Shown piece by piece: positions 38,001-44,743 of a stretch of 64,000 bases of DNA (position 1 is the first letter of the stretch; each line of letters opens with the position of its first letter). A program made the position numbers and the translations under genes. The stretch is taken from contig JAZDNO010000002.1 in the NCBI GenBank assembly GCA_043799545.1, positions 32,001-96,000 of the forward strand. The letters are read 5' to 3'. The stretch is from Methanobacteriota archaeon. Lineage in GTDB: Archaea > Thermoplasmatota > Thermoplasmata > SG8-5 > DAIRED01. Under the pieces are notes generated by a model that saw only the letters and a program-made list of their open reading frames with translations, had not been told where the DNA came from and did no database searches.

Positions 38001-39851
38001 GCTGGGGGGCTCGGGACGGACCCGCACGACCCCGACATGGACAACGACGGGCTTCGAGACGGCTGGGAGGATACCAACGGTGATGGTTGGTACCAACCGG
38101 GTGAGACCTGGGGCGAAATTGGAAACAGTCTCCAGGGGCTAGGGGGATATGGCACGTCCCCAACAGATGAGGACTCCGATAACGATGGAATCAATGACGG
38201 ACCGGAATCGATATACTGGCTGACGCAAACGGGAACGCGTGCGGTAGACTCTATTGGGACTCTACTGAACAACCCGAATTCTGATGGTGACGGATGGACA
38301 GACGGCGAGGAAATTAATACCTATTTCACGAACCCAGGGCTGACTTCCACAGACTCGGACGGAGTTCCAGACGACTGTGACATTGACCCTCTCGTAAATA
38401 CACAAGTTACATTGAAGATAACAGAGATAGAAGCAAAGGATGATGTGGATCCAAATAATGATCCTGCAGACTTTTTTATAAGATGTAATATCAACGGTGT
38501 TCTATTTGGGCGTAATCCAACTATTAATGACGATACACCATCGAATTACCTAGTCAATAAAAATGGTATCGGAACGTGGGATCAGGACAATCACAAAACA
38601 CCAGATGAGATTGAGAACCAATTACAATTCACCGTGGATGTTTCGGATGACAAGACACAATATAATAGTAGGATGGAAATCGAAATTGCAATCTCCCTTT
38701 TCGATGATGACTATGGGCGCAGTCCGCCTGATGATGACCTATGTGATATAACTCGATTCCCGATTTCGAATACTGCTTATATATTCTATAGTTTAAAATT
38801 CGCTCAATGGTCTGGTGAGGATGCGATATATTTCGATCCTTTATCAGATCCTAGTAACACCCCAGGTGATCCACCAACGGGGGGTATTTATGATGACCGA
38901 TTCGAATATAATTACGGCAATTATGGGCGTAGCTATGGGATGATATCTGGTGAAGAGGATGGTATTAGAGGGGATGAGAATGATTGCATAGTATGGTTTG
39001 ATATTACACAAAGTGATTTTGATAACGATGGGTGGACGTATTGGGAAGAGATGGATTATTTTGGCACGAATCCAAAAATCACTAATCAAAAATATGCTAT
39101 TGTTGTTGGATGCTCTAATTATGATGATGAACCAATATATACAAATGATCTACGATGTGGCGATAATGATGGAAAGGTCGTGTACGATTGGTTATTGGCT
39201 GCAGGCTGGTCCCGAGATAATGTATATTTCTATGTCAACTCTAACTTAGAGGATGGAGATCCAGGAGCATCTGAATTAAGAGAATATGATGTCGATGGTG
39301 AGCCAACGACAGCGAACGTTGATAATGCATTTAGTATTATTGACGGTTGTGTTACTGAAAATGATATTATCTTTTTCTACTATTCTGGACACGGTGAAGC
39401 AGGGACCTCATCTTTATGGTTTGTTGGTGAGGATAAATACAGTCCTATAAGTTTATTAAATAAATTCTCATATTTACATGCAATGCATAAAATACTTATT
39501 CTAGATTCTTGCTTTGCTGGTGGTTTCGTTGATGAGATTAATAAAGTAATATCTGGAAATGCGTATGTAGATACGATTGTAATAGCTTCATCAACTAGCG
39601 CCGAAACAAGTGGTTATTTGCCCCCTCGCTTTGGAATCGGTGACATTGAGTTAGTAACCAATAGTTATACAACCCTTGACATCACAAATTATATTCTTCA
39701 GAGACCATCCGAGCCCATTACACACCCCAGAAGTCTCCAAGATGTCATCGATTTCCTCCCCGAACGACCAACTCAGCATCCACAAAGTGCTGACCGCGGA
39801 GGTATTGCACAGGATATCTATTATCTCGATGTAGGGTGGTGTAACATATGA
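29076..39851 (+). CDS. 3591-aa exported multidomain protein: beta-helix-like N-terminus, two beta-propellers, PKD domains, novel repeats, many DxDxDG Ca-binding repeats and a C-terminal caspase-like (clan CD, C14-like) peptidase
   Basis: Signal peptide; W.D.R.G..DIY propeller blades; PKD motifs (FNWDFGDG, DSDGSIVKYRW); D.D.DGL.D..E repeats; peptidase motifs KYAIVVG, FFYYSGHG (His at 39390) and ILDSCFAG (Cys at 39510). No C-terminal TM anchor. Confidence 0.85.
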   Translation: MRTFTKALATVCVGVMCLTALQNVSAGAYDEGEDMDIFTDSLGNRHMVWRELVNGVYQVFYSLEIVDDEYTTNYQSYMTQTINQNLNFDDGYLTIQNCQINGNLKLTRAQVSIINCTINGNVKIDMGTMIIRSTSLHGNLDIKNANLELRVNEINGNVKSQTNTDLFFQTVITGNEIDGNLDLKSGICYVVGNSVNGNLDIKSPATIQSVSDNDVNGMIKLTSDTSGFNGIQITNLTTNAAYPQCAMDPTTGLFYIIWVTNEGGYRAWYSGSDDVVEWSLPYVTDVVINTCDNPQMDFIAYGGTLSISWLQYGNAQIVADLDFDMIPDISDVNPLTYDSQIGIGTFSPDVIMADGTMGISVAIDYATNLTIKPTLAIASCPILNANYGPYFSVTIGSSDNFTAIIKMKFDPNALSTDTIKYLRMYWLRDDTNWKILKNVSAGEDTGVDLDNGYVWAVTAHFSTFTTADSSMVDSDSDGLTDAQEINADGSLPIVIDKFSDDSAERSLIFSGSDSQTVWLKVPISQIDILRASSTQMDVTSKLFQMSVQQMLYNDDAAVYQLSPQIYEDKVIWCDNRYDTVSGKCAVFLKTIGTPDEIQLSSINENSGNAKISGNYVVWSTYSSTSNKISVYNIERNEIIQSFGVSAGDLDIYGDIMVWSEMSVYGPDYLYTYKISTQELQQITTTDCGATHIYGDYIAYHDHTQGGLWLYQLSTQQYTRITTAGVNPWMLDIDDRYVAYLDITSNDIYAYVLATGDTIRLTNTFSYESNPSVDGGIVLWTDYRNGDPDIYGFDILKNFEIPICVASGNQGAASKYGDNIVWQDQRNSPLPRIYRGTIGTPSISIAIGDRNLDNIVMDGTNSEFPDFSVPLNYYLSTHSDSDDGVSDNFISVPLAFSTTAVGELTFSNLEINIYPALTDPVNWDTDGEGLSDGDEVLMYFTDPCDIDTDDDKLSDYDELMGIYHGYISDPNNPDTDGDKINDGVEVNVLSTQNSEINTFTDGFSTKDIIFTEAGSQTISFEIPITAEAIEYAQASSVQFACQEYLVIDKTKYHHKLAMNDNTIVWADKVDGNYDIKSYNFINDVSNQIPTLSGDQVEPAMYNNIVVWTDYRNDADGKYTGTGDNGDIYLYNIATGVGKYISSSTQNDFDPAIYGNYVVWVRENNNQHDIILYDIEKGYENSATGEIATLGGMPYNQFEPSIWGQRIVWTDSRDGNLNIYMHDISTGITIPVTNNQAIQDSPCIYEDVIVWRDNRNSNWDIYSCTVGTSGENKLSKMSSNEFSPMVWQAGVVWTKANDDHFDAQWYSDGVTLTTFPHSTLTDQLLCTAWGQNIAWIDSSGSGSKITIYSVGDAPQATITSITPDPASPDTYTFQGIGSAAGSATIMDYRWYSDLDGLLSSADTFTTSSMTKGTHDISFTVRSSNGLWAIPFHSTIVINNDIPIAYISSISANAVIKGQSVTFYGLGTDSDGSIVKYRWVSSLDGDIGSQASLATNMLSSGNHEIFFSVMDDAGEWSTVVSSGPIIVSESSVTTGNIPTGGGMIWQSTYPRLISIQVTAGASSNFGISVDGRTSRNVKNSGTYSYVGYATSISLSSFDSGESGTYSVLPGILTSYSGNIKSEDVIWESDVLREVTVKVVSNTGEFEINANGNWRSLANLGTYWYVGRTGSIGIDSPGGSFSGTYQITLGILNGYSGLFYDSGSTEVVWESDTARDATVRVTSTSGTFSVNANGNARTMAYPGTYWYVGITSCVQMTYVGSGDSGNYEIILGVPGSASSYTGTFAYAASTQVVWESDTARVATVKVSSTSGSFAVNANGNTRSIASPGTYWYIGSTNCVQLSSMDSGDGGNYVITLGVVDTPYGYSGTISDAGTSEVVWESDIDRLMTVKVVSTDPDLGDTFSVKIDGATRATLAKPGTYWYVGNIHLVELSLFGPDDAGIYEIKNGIAESYSGSLFHDGVSGGSEVIWESDTSILGCQVDIVASSGSFTASVNGGSTVTVSATTPLSYTGALYSIVISSFSSSDTGSYQITRTNQAPVAEIISISPNPVTAGSAITFVGSGTDSDGFIDGYSWSIWVIGGCDPAVFTNTQTFSWVTTIVGTHTVYFSVCDDDGVWASSDIATITVTAASSIISIPAPMIYEDKLPSSNYNCGNSINDPTLLTTVPSELPIASIDSIGPSPSRYNELVTMRGHGTGANGRTIKAFSWRSGATALGTSATTSTQSLSAGIHIIYFKVQDSSGLWSEEVGSVLVVKSNIPPMALISAPMDSAVFVFGEDIVFNAGTSSDSNNDRLTFNWDFGDGATSTNVVSHHAYIIADNNQNQETTYTIRLTVNDGILVSETSIHIHVRSNIMPTISYTPNIRTTLNYEYKSTLASPTISVEVANDDWTNQNFRLTTETISLTKGINNYLTLFHQANVAGTATIVLKISSTSAGLIRVSSLFVQVSILVLDSSFPDTDLDNLDDGIEVYVHGTNPCVQDTDGDTLSDYYEIMGTPTRPEFRSDPLLWDTDNDGLNDYEEYSYIGLNPQNRDTDGDYLFDGDELYPSLYHKDWLYTPYSSNPLNPHSDNDGLNDHAEAIFLCNPKAVDTDRDYLWDGDEIDPINFHKDYYETAFSSSPTVMDSDADGLTDYEEARYQSNPMTSNSDEDGISDPDELTYLLNTPRYHSSGEGTIIYGEQTYNFIVEMPPIYGTVQMVYLYLRIMYPYLGWQFTLSYSSQGVTINQFEIEYSTEQYLVGAHDPDWYHPLTLTKGSVWTLSVYSPEPYVLDILQEFSLLFYKSPSPTLTDSDGDGWNDSLEIGQGTDPTYWNDISVGLDTDGDGLSNSVEDADGDGAIDGDTNNNGIIDYGEIWHETNPNNPDSDGDGLWDGDEIDPITIHKDAYETKFPSDPKLKNSDSDTLDDRQEAIYQSNPKLKHSDNDGLDDAQEIAFGCSPTNPDSDVINGMMVGDGLYDGWVDTNGDGVYNAGEPKGELGDPDLGYAGGLGTDPHDPDMDNDGLRDGWEDTNGDGWYQPGETWGEIGNSLQGLGGYGTSPTDEDSDNDGINDGPESIYWLTQTGTRAVDSIGTLLNNPNSDGDGWTDGEEINTYFTNPGLTSTDSDGVPDDCDIDPLVNTQVTLKITEIEAKDDVDPNNDPADFFIRCNINGVLFGRNPTINDDTPSNYLVNKNGIGTWDQDNHKTPDEIENQLQFTVDVSDDKTQYNSRMEIEIAISLFDDDYGRSPPDDDLCDITRFPISNTAYIFYSLKFAQWSGEDAIYFDPLSDPSNTPGDPPTGGIYDDRFEYNYGNYGRSYGMISGEEDGIRGDENDCIVWFDITQSDFDNDGWTYWEEMDYFGTNPKITNQKYAIVVGCSNYDDEPIYTNDLRCGDNDGKVVYDWLLAAGWSRDNVYFYVNSNLEDGDPGASELREYDVDGEPTTANVDNAFSIIDGCVTENDIIFFYYSGHGEAGTSSLWFVGEDKYSPISLLNKFSYLHAMHKILILDSCFAGGFVDEINKVISGNAYVDTIVIASSTSAETSGYLPPRFGIGDIELVTNSYTTLDITNYILQRPSEPITHPRSLQDVIDFLPERPTQHPQSADRGGIAQDIYYLDVGWCNI
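33693..35165 (+). repeat. Six tandem ~82-90 aa repeats inside the giant protein
   Basis: Consensus V(I/V)WESD..R..TV.V.S..G.F.(V/I)..NG..R..A.PGTYWYVG......DSG.Y.I..G, visible in the translation. Confidence 0.85.
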
Positions 39852-40585
39852 AAAAGAACATCAAAGGAGTCGGAGCCATAATATCGATTGTAGTTATTCT
39901 CTCTGTAATATCGGTTTATCTTTATATACCAAGTGATTACAAACCAAAATATACCTTGTACACGGCACCTAGACAAATTCAATCTAGATTCATATCATCA
40001 TCTCCAACTATCGACGGGAAACTGGGACAGAATGAATGGGATTATGATGAACTCAGCCAGATCATTTTATCATCAAATTTCACTGAAGATTCTCTCACTT
40101 GCCAATATATTATTCAAAATATAAATTCAACGTTGTTCCTTTTATTTCGAATAAGCGATGATACTTATGGCCCTTTAGACATTTATATAGATAATCGAAA
40201 TGATAACCTCCTAGACTATACACAAGAACCAATGGAACACCGTCTTCATTTTTACAAAGATAATTTACAATGGTGTATATTTTCAAGGGATATTGATGGA
40301 AATTTCACTTGGAATGCTGGAGAAAAACGACCAATGCCAAAGATAGTTCAAAGCTTTGGATCGAGCCAATCGGAGGATTGGATCGTTTATGAGATAGCCC
40401 TCTCCATGACCGAGGAAAACGAGATAATCCTGGGATTAAATAATTCGATTGGAATGGATTTTGCATATTGGGACTACGATGTTGGTCAATATTATTTTAC
40501 TGACCCATATGGTAATCCTGCAGGTGATGCCTCGAATTATACGGACATTTACCTAGCTAATGCTCCACAGGATCTACGGGAGTGA
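39848..40585 (+). CDS. Membrane-anchored exported protein with a DOMON/CBM9-like domain
   Basis: N-terminal signal-anchor, SPTIDGKLGQNEW and W..EIALS motifs; ATGA overlap with the giant gene. Confidence 0.65.
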   Translation: MKKNIKGVGAIISIVVILSVISVYLYIPSDYKPKYTLYTAPRQIQSRFISSSPTIDGKLGQNEWDYDELSQIILSSNFTEDSLTCQYIIQNINSTLFLLFRISDDTYGPLDIYIDNRNDNLLDYTQEPMEHRLHFYKDNLQWCIFSRDIDGNFTWNAGEKRPMPKIVQSFGSSQSEDWIVYEIALSMTEENEIILGLNNSIGMDFAYWDYDVGQYYFTDPYGNPAGDASNYTDIYLANAPQDLRE

Positions 40586-41066
40586 AAAATGACCTTCCGT
40601 AACCCCCGAACCTGCCGGAGAAAACGCCAGAAGGCGTTGTGTGGCAGCGTGAGCCTTCCCGACAAACCGTCGTCTGGGATGCCGCCGCTGATCCTCCCGG
40701 TGCTTCTCATAGATGAAAAGACCCTTTGCTATCCACCATCCATCGACGGAACAGCGCATTTACTCCGCAATCCGGCGCTGTATTGCACAGCAAAATATGG
40801 GCGGGAAATTCGTAAATCCTTTCGCCAAACACCCCCGTACCGTACGCTTATAGAAACGTTTAGTCCGTAGAGGATACACGACCGATTCGCAACAAAGCTC
40901 AGACCCTTCGCCGTGAATATTATCCCATTGGCGGGAGGCAGCGAAGATGCCTCGATGGAGCATCCCCGTCCAAGATTTGATGGTAAGATATCGAATGATG
41001 GATTGCGACAATTTATAGTTATGGGATGAAGGAAGAAAAGGATGACAGAAAGGTTTGTATTAATAC

Positions 41067-41432
41067 TCATCTCACTTTTTTATAGAACTTCGGGGGATCA
41101 TATATAAAACCACTATACCCAGAGATCTCACCATCACGAAAATCAAGGTCATGAGCGACACGAATCCCTCTGGGTGTCAAGTAAATCATTCTTTTCCTGT
41201 GTCCCTCAGTTGAATAGTCATCCTTTATCAAACCAGCGTTTATTAAATCTTTAAGACGGAGGTTGATTGTGGAGTTACTACAATCTATAACTTCAGACAG
41301 CTCGGATAAAGACATCGTAATTGGTAATGACTTTTCTAATGGATCTTCCTGGTATAACGCAAGCAAGATTTTTATAGCTCCAGGAGCTTCAAGTATGTAG
41401 ATTGGTCTTTTTGGTACATCATTTTTTTTCAT
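41067..41432 (-). CDS. Winged helix-turn-helix regulator divergent from the integrase
   Basis: MSLSELSEVIDCSNSTINLRLKDLINAGLI...KRMIYLTPRG. Confidence 0.85.
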   Translation of the reverse strand: MKKNDVPKRPIYILEAPGAIKILLALYQEDPLEKSLPITMSLSELSEVIDCSNSTINLRLKDLINAGLIKDDYSTEGHRKRMIYLTPRGIRVAHDLDFRDGEISGYSGFIYDPPKFYKKVR

Positions 41433-41574
41433 CGCGAAACATTATATCAGGGCTCATATTTATAATTACCGAATTTGACATTGGGTAAAATTAATATACC
41501 CGACAATGCATACCCATTTTCAATATGAGTAATTACCCGAAAAAGAAACAGGAATCGAACAAGAGGATGATATA

Positions 41575-42495
41575 ATGCGTAATCCAGCATATCTCATCAG
41601 AGCTAACGAGTGGCTCGATGGCCTCAGGAAGAAGAACTATAGTGAGATGACAACGCGCAAGGCTTATCGTTGGCCGCTAATGGCCGCGTACAGGGCTCTA
41701 AAGAGCAAAGGATATCCTACACAGATTAGATCTATCGGTTCAGAAGCCGCATTATTCGTTATTCAGGATGTTTTCCATGGACGCGCTAAAGACATCGCAG
41801 CATGGAACCGGTTCTTGCTAGCCAACAAGAATCCGGTCATCGAGATGCTGGAGTACCACGTCAATCCAAGCACGAGAAGCACCGTGGATTGGCTGAACCT
41901 AGAGAAAGGCGAGGACTTCGCCGTTTGGGAAGCCGCGCGAGAAATCAGGGAAAAAGCCCTGATTCACTCGGAACTTTACCTTGGCATGCGCAGGATATCC
42001 GTCCAGCGGTTCCAGCTTTCATGGTTCAATGGACAGAGCATAAACATCCATGGCAAAGGGCGGGGAGGCGGCAAATGGCGTACGATAGCGCCGCACAAAG
42101 ATACTGCCGAGTTGTTCGCAACCGTAAAAGAGCATAATTCCCAGCTTGCCAAGAAAGCCGGTTCAGACTCATATCCCGACAATATGATGTTGTGCGTGAA
42201 AGGTACGAACCTCAGGAAATACGGGTTCACTTCGTTGGACAACATCGTCAAGCGGGTTTCCGTCAGGTCCGGGATAGAATTCAGCCACCACACGTTGAGG
42301 AGAACCGCAGGCCGTAGGATGTGGAAGGCAGGAATCGCCATCGAGAGCATCGCGAGGTTCCTCGGGCACTCCGACATTAGGATGACCATGTTATATATCG
42401 GCGCTAACTACGACGATACCGAGGCGGCGATGCGAGCCGCCGAGAAATGGGACGAAGAACGTAAACGGTCCGCGAACGGTACAGGGGGTCCATGA
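41575..42495 (+). CDS. int: Tyrosine recombinase/integrase (intact, not split by the att site)
   Basis: Catalytic set: LGMRR (R), GKGRGGKWR (K), HTLRR (HxxR), LGHSD (H) and TMLYI (Y); the gene ends 25 bp before the tRNA 3' end. Confidence 0.93.
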   Translation: MRNPAYLIRANEWLDGLRKKNYSEMTTRKAYRWPLMAAYRALKSKGYPTQIRSIGSEAALFVIQDVFHGRAKDIAAWNRFLLANKNPVIEMLEYHVNPSTRSTVDWLNLEKGEDFAVWEAAREIREKALIHSELYLGMRRISVQRFQLSWFNGQSINIHGKGRGGGKWRTIAPHKDTAELFATVKEHNSQLAKKAGSDSYPDNMMLCVKGTNLRKYGFTSLDNIVKRVSVRSGIEFSHHTLRRTAGRRMWKAGIAIESIARFLGHSDIRMTMLYIGANYDDTEAAMRAAEKWDEERKRSANGTGGP

Positions 42496-42519
42496 GCCAG
42501 CAAATCCAAAAAATAGAAG

Positions 42520-42695
42520 TGGGGGCGCTGGGATTTGAACCCAGATCAGCGGGTTTCTTCCACGCCGGGAGCTACCCGGCGCGTTTTCTGAACTACGGGT
42601 CAGCGCTCCAGTCATACATCACTTCTTCAGCAAACCCGTTGGCAATCATGCCCGTAACTGGAGCCCGCGAGGATACCGTGTTACCCCACACCCCC
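42520..42695 (-). tRNA. trnW: tRNA-Trp (CCA) with a 103-nt intron at position 37/38
   Basis: 5' exon GGGGGTGTGGGGTAACACGGTATCCTCGCGGGCTCCAG (42695-42658), 3' exon ACCCGCTGATCTGGGTTCAAATCCCAGCGCCCCCA (42554-42520); full cloverleaf with CCA anticodon. Confidence 0.97.
42555..42657 (-). ncRNA. tRNA-Trp intron encoding a box C/D guide RNA (predicted targets Cm34 and Cm39 of its own tRNA)
   Basis: Boxes ATGATT (C), CTGA (D'), GTGATG (C') and CTGA (D). Guides CGGGTTTG and ACTGGAGCG pair with the exon junctions, with the +5 nucleotide opposite C39 and C34. Confidence 0.9.
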
Positions 42696-43004
42696 ACCAT
42701 TTCCGGGAGCGCAGACGTTTCGGGCTGCCCGACGGCACACACCGTCAGGCAGCGGCAGTTCAACTAGCGCTTGCGCAATTTCTGGGCGCGCTTTCGTCTT
42801 CGCATCTTCTTCTTGCGCCACTTCCAGCGCTGCTTGCCGCGCTTTTTCCACGCTCTGGAGCTTCGCTTCATTCAGTTTCCTCGCTGAAGTCGGGTAATAG
42901 CTGGTTGTTAATATGGTTTTGGGATGGCTCAAGCGGGTCGCGGGTGCAAAGGACGACAAATTATATTAGCCCCTTCGCACGTGGCGAGCCATATCCTTTT
43001 ACGC

Positions 43005-43079
43005 GGGCACGTGGCCTAGACCGGATATGGCGCCGGCCTTCTAAGCCGGAGGTCCCGGGTTCGAATCCCGGTGTGCCCG
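43005..43079 (+). tRNA. trnR: tRNA-Arg (TCT)
   Basis: GGGCACG acceptor, CCGGC-CTTCTAA-GCCGG anticodon arm, CCGGG-TTCGAAT-CCCGG T arm; CCA end not encoded. Confidence 0.96.
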
Positions 43080-43214
43080 CTTTTCATATTCCAGCGATGA
43101 TTGCTGAAGAAAAGCGGAACTACTAGCGGTCTGGATTTATCAGTCGGAGCGGAGCTGGTCCGGTCCGCTTATCCAAGCGCCATCCATTTATATCCAAAGG
43201 TTGATGTTCGGCGC

Positions 43215-43787
43215 GTGTCCCATCTGTACCCCTGGGGCGGCGAGTACGTCGTCGGCAACCCGGACAGCTGCGTCGCGGCCGTCACGCTTTCGGAATACAT
43301 CAGGCTGCCAATTGACGAGGTCGCAATACACGGCCACATGAAGACGGAGAACCTGGGAATCGAGAAGGTCGTCGCGAACGTCGTGTCCAATCCCAACATC
43401 CGTTTCCTGATAGTCTGCGGCAAGGAGGTCCGGGGCCACCGCTCTGGCGACACAATCCTGGCAATCCACAGGAACGGCATCGACGGAAACAACAAGGTCT
43501 TGGATGCAAAAGGGGCGGTCCCGTTCATCGAGAACCTGACCAAGGAGGCTGTCGAGCGTTTCCGCCATCAGGTTGAAATCGTCGACATGATTGGCGAGTG
43601 CGACCCTGAAAAAATCATGGCCAGGGCAAGGGAATGCGCCGCCAATAATCCGGGCTCGCTCGGCGAGCCGTTCATAGCGATAAAAATTGAGGGCCAGAAG
43701 AAAAAGGCGGACGTGTCGGGGATGCTGGCGCTCCACAGCTCGCTGAGGGTCGACCCGTATTTCGAAATGTCTGAGCTGGAGGGATGA
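43215..43787 (+). CDS. mtrA: Soluble MtrA/MtxA-type corrinoid protein (no membrane anchor)
   Basis: YVVGNPDSCVAAVTL, KTENLGIEKVVANVVSNPNIRFLIVCG.EV.GH.SG (cobalt-ligand His), GAVPFIENL, AVERFR.QVEIVDMI and PF motifs. GTG start lies 27 bp after a TTTATA box (probably leaderless). Confidence 0.9.
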   Translation: MSHLYPWGGEYVVGNPDSCVAAVTLSEYIRLPIDEVAIHGHMKTENLGIEKVVANVVSNPNIRFLIVCGKEVRGHRSGDTILAIHRNGIDGNNKVLDAKGAVPFIENLTKEAVERFRHQVEIVDMIGECDPEKIMARARECAANNPGSLGEPFIAIKIEGQKKKADVSGMLALHSSLRVDPYFEMSELEG

Positions 43788-43819
43788 GATGCCTGCGCGG
43801 TGCTGGAGGGTGTTGTAGG

Positions 43820-44743
43820 ATGTTCGGATTCGCAACTGAGCAGAAGAAGTTCAAGGTCATGGGCGCCGTTTTCGGAGGACAGCCAGGTGAGAACCCAACT
43901 ATTCTGTTTGGAACAGTCCTGTTCGGGAAGAAGTACCTGGCATTGGGCGCGCCGGAGAAGGAAGAGGTGAGGGGTTTCATCGCACAACAGGGAGAGTATG
44001 CCAAGCTGACTGGAAACCCGGCGGTCGTGGACGTATTCATAGATTCCATGGAGCGCGTCGCTGAGCGGCTGGAACTGGTGGCCAGCGCGTGGGACGGCCC
44101 CTTCTCCCTGGACGTTCCGGAATCCGAGGTCCGCATCGAGGCGCTGAAACACTGCGCGAAAACCGGGCTGCTGGACCGCGCGATTTATAATTCACTCAAC
44201 CTTGGTGTCACCGAGGATGAAATTAAAACTCTAGCGAAGCACACGCCCGCAGCAGTAATCTGCCTGGCATACAATCCGAAGGACTTTTCCACCGATGGAC
44301 GGTTGGCGATGCTCAAGTCCGGGGGCGGAATCCTCGACAAAGGGCTCGTTCAAACCGCCAACGACATCGGCGCAGACAACCTCCTGCTGGACACCGGAGC
44401 CACTCCGTTCGAGCACAGCGCCGCCGAGTGCCTGCGCGCGATTCCGGTCTTCAAGCACGAGTTCGGGCGTCCGGTCGGATGCGCGATACACAACACCGTC
44501 GAGAGCTGGCTCTGGATGAAGGCCTGGCGCAAGGAGCACAAGGCGCAGTACGAGCTCTGCGACGCCGGCTCGAACCTCATGCCGATCCTGATGGGCGCGA
44601 GCTACTGCGTGTACGGCCCGATGCGGAACGCCCCTATGGTATTCCCAGCGGCTGCGATGGCGGACAAGTTCGTCTCCGAGGGGGCCGAGGACTACTTCGG
44701 GGTCGCCCCGGCAGAGGGCCATCCGAGGAGGAAGCTCGGTTGA
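43820..44743 (+). CDS. mtrH: MtrH/MtxH-type methyl-pterin:corrinoid methyltransferase
   Basis: FGGQPGENPTILFGT, GNPAVVD, IYNSLN, LLDTGATP and G.PVGCAIHN..SWLW motifs; GGAGG SD before ATG 43820. Confidence 0.88.
   Translation: MFGFATEQKKFKVMGAVFGGQPGENPTILFGTVLFGKKYLALGAPEKEEVRGFIAQQGEYAKLTGNPAVVDVFIDSMERVAERLELVASAWDGPFSLDVPESEVRIEALKHCAKTGLLDRAIYNSLNLGVTEDEIKTLAKHTPAAVICLAYNPKDFSTDGRLAMLKSGGGILDKGLVQTANDIGADNLLLDTGATPFEHSAAECLRAIPVFKHEFGRPVGCAIHNTVESWLWMKAWRKEHKAQYELCDAGSNLMPILMGASYCVYGPMRNAPMVFPAAAMADKFVSEGAEDYFGVAPAEGHPRRKLG

Larger units (their letters stand above)
21943..42534. mobile_element. ~20.6 kb integrative element inserted at the 3' end of tRNA-Trp
   Basis: 18-bp direct repeats matching the tRNA 3' end at both ends, intact tyrosine integrase next to the tRNA, visibly AT-richer composition than the flanks, and cargo of hypothetical, HTH, IS and defence-type genes. 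Confidence 0.9.

Noticed and set aside
26162-39851. TIR plus caspase as a Thoeris-like TIR-signal/caspase-effector defence system
   Set aside because: The caspase domain is at the end of a signal-peptide-bearing exported protein about 12 kb from the TIR gene, so a cytoplasmic signal could not plausibly reach it; the genes are not in one operon.
40589-41070. ORFs of 93, 83 and 113 aa between the DOMON-like and wHTH genes
   Set aside because: They overlap each other on both strands with no recognisable motifs. The 113-aa minus ORF has an ATGA overlap with the wHTH but nothing else supports it.
41575-42535. SSV1-type split integrase
   Set aside because: The ORF has all catalytic residues and stops before the att core; no integrase fragment lies at the other end.
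43215-44743. Evidence of methanogenesis
   Set aside because: MtrA lacks its anchor, no mtrB-G or mcr genes are in the window, and the operon partner is a methionine synthase.
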